Shown: one piece after another, positions 26,441-35,439 of the stretch
Position numbering within the stretch: position 1 is the stretch's first letter
Layout: the number at the start of each line of letters is the position of its first letter
NCBI GenBank assembly: GCA_964405845.1
Contig: CAYOPL010000013.1
Location: 305-64,304 of the forward strand
DNA length: 64,000 bases
Source of the DNA: an uncultured Dehalococcoidia bacterium
GTDB taxonomy: Bacteria; Chloroflexota; Dehalococcoidia; UBA6926
Reading direction: 5' to 3'
Notes under the pieces: generated by a model
Seen by the model: the letters and a program-made list of their open reading frames with translations, nothing else
Told to the model about the DNA's origin: nothing
Databases searched by the model: none
Made by a program: the position numbers and the translations under genes

Positions 26441-27916
26441 ATGGCAGAGGCGTATCGAGACCTCAGTGAGTTCATCAAATTCCTTGAGGGACGGGGTGAA
26501 CTCAAGCGCATCATTGCGCCCGTCACATGGGATTTGGAAATCACAGAGATTACCCAACGCGTCCTGCGTGAGGGCGGCCCTGCCCTCCTCTTTGAAAACG
26601 TCGAGGGTTACGCGGACACGCCGGTGCTTATCAACATGTATGGCACTGAACAGCGCGCGGCGTGGGCGCTGGGCGTGGAGAAACTGGACGAGTTGCCCGC
26701 GCAGATCGAGAAGATGATGGCGATGGCGCAAGGCGGCCCGCCCGAAGGATTGATGGGCAAGCTGCGTATGCTGGGCGACCTGGTCAAGCTTGGACGCATC
26801 GGGCCGCGCACTGTGGAGCGTGAGGACGCGCCCGCGCAGGAAGTCATCATGCAGGGCGATGACGTCGATCTCCTCTCCCTGCCCATTCTCAAGACGTGGC
26901 CGCAGGACGCAGGTCGATACATTACGTTGCCCCTCGTCATCACGAAAGGCCCTGACACCGGCACCCACAACCTCGGCATGTACCGCATGCAGGTCTATGA
27001 CAAGAACACCACGGGAATGCACTGGCAGACCCACAAGGTCGGCACGCAGCATGAACGCGCGTCGGCAGAGCGCGGTGCGGGACGCATGGAGGTCGCGGTA
27101 GCGCTGGGCGGCGATCCGGCTCTCATTTGGGCCGGGTCCGCCCCGTTGCCCGCGGATGTCAGCGAGTACGTGCTTGCGGGTTTCCTGCGCGGCCAACCCG
27201 TTCCCGTCGCTAAAGGCATCACCGTCGATCTGGATGTGCCGGCGCAGGCCGAATACATCATTGAGGGCTACGTCGATCCATCAGAACGGCGTCTGGAGGG
27301 CCCGTTCGGAGATCACACCGGCTACTACTCCATCCAGGACTCGTATCCCGTCTTTCACGTCACCGCCATCACCCATCGCCGCAAGCCCATATACCCAACC
27401 ATTGTCGTGGGCCGCCCACCCCAAGAGGACTATTGGATGGGGGTTGCCACGGAACGGCTCTTCCTGCCCTTAATGCGATTGATGCTGCCTGAAATCGTGG
27501 ATGTTCACATGCCCGCGGAGGGTGTCTTCCACAACCTCGTCCTCGTCTCCATCAAGAAGGAGTACCCCGGCCACGTGCAGAAGACTGTGAGCGGCATGTG
27601 GGGTCTCGGCCTCATGTCTCTCGCCCGCGCAATCGCCGTCTTTGACGACGACGTGGATATCCATGACCCCTCAGAGGTGGTGTGGCGGCTGTCCAACAAC
27701 GTCGATCCACGACGGGACATCTTCTTCGCCGACGGGCCGATTGACGATCTTGATGTTGCGTCTCCAACTGCGCGCGTCGGCAGCAAGATTGGAATTGACG
27801 CCACGCGCAAGTCCGGTGAGGGCGAGATGGGTGAGCGGCAGTGGATGCCGGACATCACCATGGACCCGGAGATGGTTGAGCAGGTGACGCGGCGCTGGAA
27901 GGAATACGGAATCTGA
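26441..27916 (+). CDS. UbiD family decarboxylase (prFMN-dependent)
   Basis: 491 aa. The UbiD family N-terminus YRDLSEFIKFLEGRGELKRI is conserved, and the family is conserved over the whole length. Confidence 0.85.
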   Translation: MAEAYRDLSEFIKFLEGRGELKRIIAPVTWDLEITEITQRVLREGGPALLFENVEGYADTPVLINMYGTEQRAAWALGVEKLDELPAQIEKMMAMAQGGPPEGLMGKLRMLGDLVKLGRIGPRTVEREDAPAQEVIMQGDDVDLLSLPILKTWPQDAGRYITLPLVITKGPDTGTHNLGMYRMQVYDKNTTGMHWQTHKVGTQHERASAERGAGRMEVAVALGGDPALIWAGSAPLPADVSEYVLAGFLRGQPVPVAKGITVDLDVPAQAEYIIEGYVDPSERRLEGPFGDHTGYYSIQDSYPVFHVTAITHRRKPIYPTIVVGRPPQEDYWMGVATERLFLPLMRLMLPEIVDVHMPAEGVFHNLVLVSIKKEYPGHVQKTVSGMWGLGLMSLARAIAVFDDDVDIHDPSEVVWRLSNNVDPRRDIFFADGPIDDLDVASPTARVGSKIGIDATRKSGEGEMGERQWMPDITMDPEMVEQVTRRWKEYGI

Positions 27917-28812
27917 TGGATTCCGTCGGACGCCCCCCGCTCCCACGCCCCTGGTCCTTTATGGGCCGTCTTGGCATCATGCTCGATTCCATCCGGTTCG
28001 AGCACTCCATCTTCGCCCTGCCGTTTGCTTACCTCGGCATGATTCTCGCCGCTGGCGGCTGGCCGACGCTCTCACAATTCATCTGGATCACCGTGGCAAT
28101 GGTTGCCGCGCGCACCGTTGCCATGAGCGCAAACCGCCTCATTGACCGCGAGATGGACGCGGAGAATCCCCGCACGGCCATGCGCGCCCTGCCCTCCAAG
28201 CTCCTCCGCCCTTCCGACATGCTCGGCATGCTGCTGGTCAGCCTTGTAATCTTCTTCTTTGCCGCATACATGCTGAACACGCTTGCGCTCATACTCGCGC
28301 CCGTCGCGGCCATCATCGTCATTACGTATTCCTACGCCAAGCGGTTCACGTGGACGGGGCACTATTGGCTTGGTTTCGCTGACGGCATCGCGCCCGCGGG
28401 CGGCTGGATCGGTGTCGCCGGGGAACTGCCGCTGGAGGCTGTCATTCTCGCCATGGCCGTCACAACGTGGGTGGCCGGATTCGATCTCATCTACCAGTGC
28501 ATGGATTACGACTTCGACATTCCACGCAAGATTCACACAATCCCCGTCAAATGGGGCATTGCCGCAGCGTTGCGGTGGGCGCGCGTAACCCACTTCCTGA
28601 CAATCGCGTTCCTGGTCGCGCTTGGAGTGATGATGAGCCTTGCGTGGCCGTACTACATCGGCGTTGCCATCGCCGCCGCTCTGCTCGCATGGGAGCATTC
28701 GCTCGTCAAGGCGGACGATTTCTCCCGCGTCACCATCGCGTTCTTCAATATCAACGGCGTCATCGCAATCATCGTCTTTATCTTTACCGCAGTCGCCGTC
28801 CTGATGGGGTAG
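27916..28812 (+). CDS. UbiA family aromatic prenyltransferase
   Basis: Polytopic. NRLIDREMDAENPRT (Asp-rich motif I) and a second Asp-rich motif near YQCMDYDFD. Confidence 0.85.
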   Translation: MDSVGRPPLPRPWSFMGRLGIMLDSIRFEHSIFALPFAYLGMILAAGGWPTLSQFIWITVAMVAARTVAMSANRLIDREMDAENPRTAMRALPSKLLRPSDMLGMLLVSLVIFFFAAYMLNTLALILAPVAAIIVITYSYAKRFTWTGHYWLGFADGIAPAGGWIGVAGELPLEAVILAMAVTTWVAGFDLIYQCMDYDFDIPRKIHTIPVKWGIAAALRWARVTHFLTIAFLVALGVMMSLAWPYYIGVAIAAALLAWEHSLVKADDFSRVTIAFFNINGVIAIIVFIFTAVAVLMG

Positions 28813-28815
28813 CGC

Positions 28816-29493
28816 ATGATGCAGACGCAGCGAGAGTCGAATCAAGCCCCCGTGATCGTCGGTATCTCCGGCGGCAGCGGGGCGGCCATCGCCAAACGCA
28901 TCATCGACTCTCTGCTGGAGGCTGACACACCTGTGGTCTGCACCATCACGTCCGGAGGACGACAGGTGTGGGCGCAGGAGATGGATGAGCCGTTCTCATG
29001 GGCTCTCGACGAGTGGTCGGCCAGTGACTGCTTCTCTTTCTACACCTCCAAACAGCTTGGCGCGCCGATAGCCAGCGGCGGAATCCCGACGCGAGGAATG
29101 ATTGTTGCCGCGTGCAGCATGGCGACAGTGGCGGCCATTTCTGTTGGCCTCGGTGACAATCTCCTTCGCCGAGCGGCGGACGTCACCATCAAGGAACGTC
29201 GCCCCCTGGTGCTCATCCCTCGTGAATCGCCCTTGTCCGCCATCCATCTGGACAACATGAAGCGACTGGCGGAACTGGGCACTACGATTCTCATGCCCGC
29301 CCCCGCCTTCTATCTGAAACCGCGCACAGTCGATGAAATCATCGATTATTTCGCGGCACGGGCGCTCAACGCCATTGATTCCACAACATTCCCGCTGCCC
29401 GCCTCTCTGCAATATGAGGGAATGGGCGGCAATGAGGCGCTCAATCAATTTGCGGACAAAGAAGCTGAAGACATGGATTTTGAGGAGGAGTAG
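28816..29493 (+). CDS. ubiX: UbiX-type flavin prenyltransferase (prFMN synthase)
   Basis: VIVGISGGSGAAIAKRIIDSLL...PLVLIPRESPLSAIHLDNM is typical of UbiX/Pad1. Confidence 0.85.
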   Translation: MMQTQRESNQAPVIVGISGGSGAAIAKRIIDSLLEADTPVVCTITSGGRQVWAQEMDEPFSWALDEWSASDCFSFYTSKQLGAPIASGGIPTRGMIVAACSMATVAAISVGLGDNLLRRAADVTIKERRPLVLIPRESPLSAIHLDNMKRLAELGTTILMPAPAFYLKPRTVDEIIDYFAARALNAIDSTTFPLPASLQYEGMGGNEALNQFADKEAEDMDFEEE

Positions 29494-29495
29494 TC

Positions 29496-30497
29496 GTGAA
29501 ACTACGTCGTTTAGGTTGGGTTTTTGCCGTTCTTGCGGTGGCGGCCATCACCGTTCTTGGGATGGCGTGCGATGCCTTTGCGGAAGACACGCCAACCCCC
29601 GTGCCCCCCACACCCACGCCTGAAGTTGACGACACGCCGATTCGCGTCGGGCTGCTGCCCATCATTGATAGCGTGCCGTTCTACCTTGCGGAGGAAGAGG
29701 GCCTCTTTGAGGCCGCAGGGCTAAACGTTACCTTTGAAACATTTACCAGTGCCCTGGAACGCAACGTGGCGCTCGAAACCGGCGCCATCGACGGCCAACT
29801 CGCAGACCTGATCGCCACGGGATTGATCAACGGTGAGAGCCACAAGGTTTCGATCGTCAAGACGACATATCGCGCCACTGGCGACGTGGCAATGATCGCC
29901 CTGGTGGCCGGGGCGGACAGCGGTATCGAGTCGCCTGCAGATCTGGAGGGCAGGAGCGTTGGCATCTCCACCAACTCCCTGATCGAATATCATCTTGATC
30001 TGTACCTGGACGACGCAGGACTTGCCCGCGATTCCGTTGAGAAGACGGAGGTCGCTGCGATCCCGGTCCGCATGGAGCTGCTGTCGCAGGGACAGTTGGA
30101 CGCTGCAGTGCTGCCAGAGCCGCTCATCACGCTTGCCGTGAACGCGGGAGGAACAGTCATCCTTGATGATCGCCAGAGTCGTCTCGGCATGAGCGTGCTT
30201 GAGTTCAACGTTGATTACCTCGTGAACCACGAAGAAAACGTGAAGAAATTCCTCGCAGTCCATGAGGAGGCGGTGCAGCGAATCAACGCGAATCCGGATC
30301 AGTACGCGTACCTCCTACCGGAGAAGGCCCGCCTTCCGGAATTCCTTGTTGGGATCTTCAACGTTCCGCCATTCCCCAGCAATGATGTTCCGACTGCTGC
30401 TGAGACACAGCAGGCCTCAGATTGGCTCCTTGAAAAGGGGTTGATAGACCAGGGCAAGGGCTACCGCGAGTGGGTTGACCAGAGGTTCATTTCTTAA
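29496..30497 (+). CDS. ABC transporter substrate-binding lipoprotein, NMT1/THI5-like (NitT/TauT family)
   Basis: Signal peptide with lipobox LGMAC, PT linker, then the SsuA/ThiY-like fold IRVGLLPIIDSVPFYLAEEEGLFE. Starts 3 nt after the ubiX stop. Confidence 0.7.
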   Translation: MKLRRLGWVFAVLAVAAITVLGMACDAFAEDTPTPVPPTPTPEVDDTPIRVGLLPIIDSVPFYLAEEEGLFEAAGLNVTFETFTSALERNVALETGAIDGQLADLIATGLINGESHKVSIVKTTYRATGDVAMIALVAGADSGIESPADLEGRSVGISTNSLIEYHLDLYLDDAGLARDSVEKTEVAAIPVRMELLSQGQLDAAVLPEPLITLAVNAGGTVILDDRQSRLGMSVLEFNVDYLVNHEENVKKFLAVHEEAVQRINANPDQYAYLLPEKARLPEFLVGIFNVPPFPSNDVPTAAETQQASDWLLEKGLIDQGKGYREWVDQRFIS

Positions 30498-30529
30498 AGA
30501 CCTTCCCGCAAACGAACCGGCCGGCCGAG

Positions 30530-31303
30530 ATGTCTGAACAGAAGCCGATCGTAGCCCTCGGGGACGTGACGTTCGCGTACCCCGGGGGCACAGCGGTTCT
30601 TCGAGAGTTCTCCTGGGAGATGTCCGCCGGTGAATCGTGGGCAATCATCGGCCCGTCCGGGTGCGGCAAGACCACCCTGCTCTACATCCTTGCCGGCTTG
30701 CGCCTCCCTGATCAAGGCGATGTAATCGTCGCCGGAGAGCCCATCAGCGGCCCCCGCCGTGACATCGGCCTCATACTCCAGGATCACGGACTCTTGCCCT
30801 GGGAGACCGCCCTCAATAACGTCGGTATGGGCCTGCGCCTGCGAGGCGCCCCCGGGCGTGAATGGCGCTCAGAAGCGCAGTCATGGCTTGACCGTCTGCG
30901 GTTGGGTGAGTTTGCAAGGCGCTTTCCCAGCCAACTGTCCGGTGGGCAGAAGCAGCGCGTCGCCATCGCACGCACACTCGCAGTATCACCAACACTTTTG
31001 CTCATGGATGAACCGTTTAGCGCGCTTGACGCCCTGACCCGTGAGTCGCTGCAGCTCCTGGCCCTTGATCTTGGGATTGCGCGTGGCCGCAGCGCCGTTC
31101 TTATCACCCATGACATCAACGAGGCCGTCATGCTCGGCAACAAAATCCTGATTATGGGCGCGGGGCCGGATGCCCCGACAACAATTATCGAAAACCCGGG
31201 TGCAGGACGAGAGGGTTTCATCGGCTCTGACGACTTCAGGGAACTTGCCGCCAACGTGAGATCCAGGCTCAACACCAGCCCGGAAGCAGCCGCCGACAGA
31301 TGA
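30530..31303 (+). CDS. ABC transporter ATP-binding protein (NitT/TauT family)
   Basis: GPSGCGKTT, LSGGQKQRVAIAR, LLMDEPFSALD. Confidence 0.85.
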   Translation: MSEQKPIVALGDVTFAYPGGTAVLREFSWEMSAGESWAIIGPSGCGKTTLLYILAGLRLPDQGDVIVAGEPISGPRRDIGLILQDHGLLPWETALNNVGMGLRLRGAPGREWRSEAQSWLDRLRLGEFARRFPSQLSGGQKQRVAIARTLAVSPTLLLMDEPFSALDALTRESLQLLALDLGIARGRSAVLITHDINEAVMLGNKILIMGAGPDAPTTIIENPGAGREGFIGSDDFRELAANVRSRLNTSPEAAADR

Positions 31304-32082
31304 AAGAATCGGTGCTTGGCCGGGTGTGGCATCGCGCAGCATCACTCAGTGGCGGCGTCATCGCCGTACTGGCAGCGCTATTTGTGTGGCAGATTGTGTC
31401 ATGGATTGTAAACTCCAACATCCTGCCCGGCCCCGTGCCCGTCAGTCTGACGTTTATTGATCAACTCGATGAAGGCCTGCTGGGGCATGCGACGGTCAGC
31501 GCTTATCGCGTCGTGCTTGCCATCGCAATTTCGATTGCGATCGCGGCACCCCTAGGCCTCATACTCGGCACGAACGCCAGGCTCTATACGCTGTCCGCGC
31601 CCATCATCTATCTCAGCTACCCAATCCCCAAAATCGTCGCGCTCCCGGTGATTCTGCTCTTGCTCGGACTGGGCGACGCGAGCAAAGTGACGATGATCGC
31701 GCTCATCCTGTTCTTCCAGATTCTGATTCTCGTGCGCGACGAGGTCCGCACTGTGCGCCCGGAACTGGTCCTCTCGGTGCGTTCGCTCGGCGCGAATCGT
31801 CTCCAGCTCTTGCGCTTTGTCTTCATGCCTGCTTCGCTGCCCGGGCTCTTCACTGCCCTTCGTGTCAGCACTGGCGTTTCCATTGCCGTTCTGTTCTTCG
31901 TTGAGAGCTTCGGCACGCGGCAGGGACTTGGATACTACATCCTTGTTGAATCATGGGGGCGGCTGGCCTACGAGGAAATGTACGCAGGTGTGATAGCGAT
32001 GGCCCTGCTTGGATTGGGCGTCTACTACGCAGTTGACGGTATTGAACGCCGTCTGACCCGTTGGAATCGGGACGATCGATAG
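31300..32082 (+). CDS. ABC transporter permease (NitT/TauT family)
   Basis: 6 TM helices. 4-bp overlap with the ATPase gene. Confidence 0.8.
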   Translation: MKESVLGRVWHRAASLSGGVIAVLAALFVWQIVSWIVNSNILPGPVPVSLTFIDQLDEGLLGHATVSAYRVVLAIAISIAIAAPLGLILGTNARLYTLSAPIIYLSYPIPKIVALPVILLLLGLGDASKVTMIALILFFQILILVRDEVRTVRPELVLSVRSLGANRLQLLRFVFMPASLPGLFTALRVSTGVSIAVLFFVESFGTRQGLGYYILVESWGRLAYEEMYAGVIAMALLGLGVYYAVDGIERRLTRWNRDDR

Positions 32083-32096
32083 CTTATAGCAGCGTG

Positions 32097-33086
32097 CTAG
32101 GCGGCATCCGGATCAATGTTGAGCCAGCTGGGGTTCGAGTCATTGGCAGGATTGTTGGTGAGGCGAACCGCCTCCGCCCCTTCGCTGAGGCTCCACAAGT
32201 AAATCTCATTGTTGCCGTCACGATCGCTCACAAAGGCGATGGTCTGGCCGTCCAGCACAGTGGACCATGACGGCTGCATGCTGTTGTAGGGAGCATCCGG
32301 TGTCCGGTCCGCGCTTCTACGCCCTTGGGACGAAACATACCAGAGGTGAATGGCGCTGCTGGGATTCGTCAGAGCAGAGGCATTGGATTGCAGGATGACA
32401 TCCCGGCCATTTGGGGCATAGTCCGGGTAATCCTCAATAGCGGTCGTCGCCCTGAATTCTCCTGTCGGCCTCAGGAAGGTCTCTTGCGGGACAACACGAA
32501 GGAACTGTCCCCCGCTATCGAGGATGTGAACATCAATACTTTCAGACGAAAGGCTGGCAGACACTGCTATCTCTTCGCCGTCCGCATTCATTCGGGGATT
32601 CCAGTAGGAATAGGCCGTGTCCTGCCCAAGCAAGTTCATGCCTGTATCATCGTCAGCCATTCCTTGTTCACCCATCCAATAGAGCTGAGGGCGACCGGAC
32701 GCGAGGCCCATAGTCCAAAGCGTGACAAGCAGCCGATCTCCTTCCGGATACCAGGTTATTGACTCGATTGTTCCGCCTGCCCGGCCATTCGTGAGGTTGA
32801 TTTCATTGCCCTCTTCAGTGTCCACCATGATAACGTCAGTCAAATTTCCCGAACGCCTTACAAACGCCACCTTGGTTCCATCAGGGTTGACGGCAGGATA
32901 AACGTCATCAGAGGGATGATCAGTGACCTGTGTCTCCATGGTGCCGTCGTGTTGAATTGAGTAAATGTCCCAATTCCCATTCCGGTCAGACTGGAAATAG
33001 ATTGTATAACTGGGTTCTCCGTCGCAACCGACCAAGGCGATGCTGCCCACAATGAACGCCGCCACGATAGCCAACCACCGTCTCAT
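32097..33086 (-). CDS. TolB-like beta-propeller (PD40 repeat) lipoprotein
   Basis: Lipobox LVGCDG. Repeated units YFQSDRNGNWDIY, AFVSDRDGNNEIY and AVNPDGTKVAF are PD40-like. Start taken at ATG 33086. Confidence 0.6.
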   Translation of the reverse strand: MRRWLAIVAAFIVGSIALVGCDGEPSYTIYFQSDRNGNWDIYSIQHDGTMETQVTDHPSDDVYPAVNPDGTKVAFVRRSGNLTDVIMVDTEEGNEINLTNGRAGGTIESITWYPEGDRLLVTLWTMGLASGRPQLYWMGEQGMADDDTGMNLLGQDTAYSYWNPRMNADGEEIAVSASLSSESIDVHILDSGGQFLRVVPQETFLRPTGEFRATTAIEDYPDYAPNGRDVILQSNASALTNPSSAIHLWYVSSQGRRSADRTPDAPYNSMQPSWSTVLDGQTIAFVSDRDGNNEIYLWSLSEGAEAVRLTNNPANDSNPSWLNIDPDAA

Positions 33087-33233
33087 GGATTGAAGCGCCT
33101 CCCCGCACTGGCTAATGATATAGGCACTTTCCCTCAGCGATAAACTTAGCACCAAATGACCCCGGCTGTAGAGCCGGGGTCATTTTCAGTTGCAGTGATG
33201 GACGCTCGATTGGAACCGACACGTCCCCGAGAG

Positions 33234-34169
33234 TTAGCGTCCTCGCAACCGCGGATCCAGCACGTCCCGCAGAGCGTCTCCAAACACATTGAATCCGAAC
33301 ACCGCCATGCTGAGAGCAAGGCCGGGGAACACAATGATATGCGGAGCAAGCTCGGCAAAGTCGAGCGCGCTGGCGTTGAGCATGCCACCCCAGGACGGGT
33401 GCGGTTCAGGCACTCCCAGACCGAGGAAGCTCAGCGATGCCTCTGTTGTGATTGCAGAGCCCAAGCGGCCGGTCACAACGATGATCCACGGCGCCATCGA
33501 GTTAGGCATGATGTATCGGAAAATGAGCCGGAGGTGGCTGGCTCCGATGGTCCGCCCGGCCAGTACATAATCCGTCTTCGTTACGGATAGTGCCTGACCG
33601 CGCACAACGCGAATCATAGCGGGCAACGCCGGAATTGAAATCGCGATGATCGTGACCTCAATGCTGAAGGTCTGAAGGATGGCGACAATGGCCATCGCAA
33701 GAATCAGGCCCGGGAACGCCTGCAGAACGTCAACGAGGCGCTGACCCAGCAGATCAACCCAGCCGCCGAAGTACGCGCTCGTGATTCCAAGGATGCCGGC
33801 AATGGTTCCCGCTCCCATCGCTACTGCGAAGCCGACATACAGGGAGATCTGGGCTCCGTACACAATCCTCGTAAACAGATCACGCCCGTATCGGTCTCCA
33901 CCCAGCCAGTGTTCAGCGCTCGGCCCAACCAACTGCGCCGATATCTGCGAGGCGTAGCGGTAATCAATAAATCCGTCATAGTTTGAGGCGTTGGCCGTCA
34001 GAAACTGCCAGATCGGGGCAGTCGCCGCCATAAGGATCAGGAGGGCCACCAACCCCAATCCCACTAATCCGAGCGGTCGCCTCCGCCACAGCAGCCAGTT
34101 GCGCTGCAGGATGTTTCGCCGTCGCCGTTGACCGATAATCTCTGCGACCGCTTCAGTCTGTGCCGCCAT
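33234..34169 (-). CDS. Peptide/nickel-type ABC permease, DppC/OppC-like
   Basis: An EAA-like loop is present (ALSVTKTDYVLAGRTIGASHLRLIFRYIMPN). Confidence 0.8.
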   Translation of the reverse strand: MAAQTEAVAEIIGQRRRRNILQRNWLLWRRRPLGLVGLGLVALLILMAATAPIWQFLTANASNYDGFIDYRYASQISAQLVGPSAEHWLGGDRYGRDLFTRIVYGAQISLYVGFAVAMGAGTIAGILGITSAYFGGWVDLLGQRLVDVLQAFPGLILAMAIVAILQTFSIEVTIIAISIPALPAMIRVVRGQALSVTKTDYVLAGRTIGASHLRLIFRYIMPNSMAPWIIVVTGRLGSAITTEASLSFLGLGVPEPHPSWGGMLNASALDFAELAPHIIVFPGLALSMAVFGFNVFGDALRDVLDPRLRGR

Positions 34170-34251
34170 CTCTCTGCTCCCTCTGAGTGCCGTCTACTCG
34201 TTTTTCAGCCTGAACGTGGCTGGCTCTCTTCTCACACGCCTGCCAGACGGT

Positions 34252-35211
34252 TTAGTACCGAATCCTTGGGTCAAGCCAACCGTACAGTAGGTCCACGCCC
34301 AGATTCGCAGCAACAACGGCAAAGCCGGTAAGCGTCACAACGAGCTGAACGACTGGGAAATCTCGCTGGTTGATGGAGTCCACCATCATGCGGCCAATGC
34401 CCGGAAGACCGAAGACCTGTTCCGTGACGACGAGGCCGGTCACGGTAATCGGCAGGAAGATGCCGATTAGGGTGAGCACCGGAATCAGGGCGTTCCGCAT
34501 GGCGTGGCGCACGATAATCACGCGCTCCTTGAGACCCTTGGCGCGCGCCGTGCGGATATAGTCCTCCCGCATGACCTCGAGCATTGTCGCTCGCATCATG
34601 CGTAGCGGAACACCCATCAGGAATCCAAGCCCGATAATCAGCGCGGGCCAAATCAACTGCGCCAAGTTGGCAATCGGGTCTTCCCAGATGGGGATATATC
34701 CCTGCCGGGGAATCCAGTCAAACATCCGCACAAAGATGAGAATCAGCATCATTCCGCTCCAGAACGTCGGGACGGAGATGCCGAGGATCGCGATGCCGCG
34801 AATGAGGTAATCGAAGAATGTGTCCTGCTTGAGGGCTGCGACGACCCCGCCGGCAATCCCCAGGATGCTCCCGATGATGAGACCCATCAAACCGACCTGG
34901 AGACTAAGGGGAGCCTTCCGTGCAATCAGCCGGTCCATGTCGGCGTTGTAGAAGAAGGACTTGCCAAAGTCGAGCGTGAACAGCCCATAGATCCAGCCCA
35001 GGTACTGTTCATAGAGCGGTTTGTTTAAGCCTAGCTCTGTGCGAATTCGCTCAAGCGCCTCGGGGTCAATGCCTCCGCCGCCTTCGCCGCCGCCAAGCAT
35101 CATGATGGCCACGTCTCCCGGCGCGATGCGCATGATCAGAAAGACCACGATTGTCACGCCAAGGATTGTCGGCACCGCCAACAAAATACGGCGTATTACA
35201 TATGCCCACAT
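34252..35211 (-). CDS. Peptide/nickel-type ABC permease, DppB/OppB-like
   Basis: MWAYVIRRILLAVPTILGVTIVVFLIMRIAPGD is a canonical DppB N-terminus. Confidence 0.8.
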   Translation of the reverse strand: MWAYVIRRILLAVPTILGVTIVVFLIMRIAPGDVAIMMLGGGEGGGGIDPEALERIRTELGLNKPLYEQYLGWIYGLFTLDFGKSFFYNADMDRLIARKAPLSLQVGLMGLIIGSILGIAGGVVAALKQDTFFDYLIRGIAILGISVPTFWSGMMLILIFVRMFDWIPRQGYIPIWEDPIANLAQLIWPALIIGLGFLMGVPLRMMRATMLEVMREDYIRTARAKGLKERVIIVRHAMRNALIPVLTLIGIFLPITVTGLVVTEQVFGLPGIGRMMVDSINQRDFPVVQLVVTLTGFAVVAANLGVDLLYGWLDPRIRY

Positions 35212-35439
35212 CTGCTTTCGCCCCTCCCCGTAGGCTACAAGCCAGCCTGCGTCACTAGTAAACGTGCCATCGCTTGCGCCACGGCTCGTTGCCTGTGTTT
35301 CGCACCATGCTATGGATGCCCCCTACCCATGTCAAGCATTTCACCGCCCGCCCTGGGGGATTTGCGGCACGTCGTCCCAAAGTAAGTTACCTTCGGGACG
35401 ACCTTTATTTGGCTCGGATGCTTGCAACATCCCCATGGT

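Noticed and set aside
26330-27196. 288-aa minus-strand ORF
   Set aside because: Antisense to UbiD, which is conserved along its whole length. Spurious high-GC frame.
28072-28845. 257-aa minus-strand ORF
   Set aside because: Antisense to the UbiA prenyltransferase. Low-complexity, Asp/Arg-rich.
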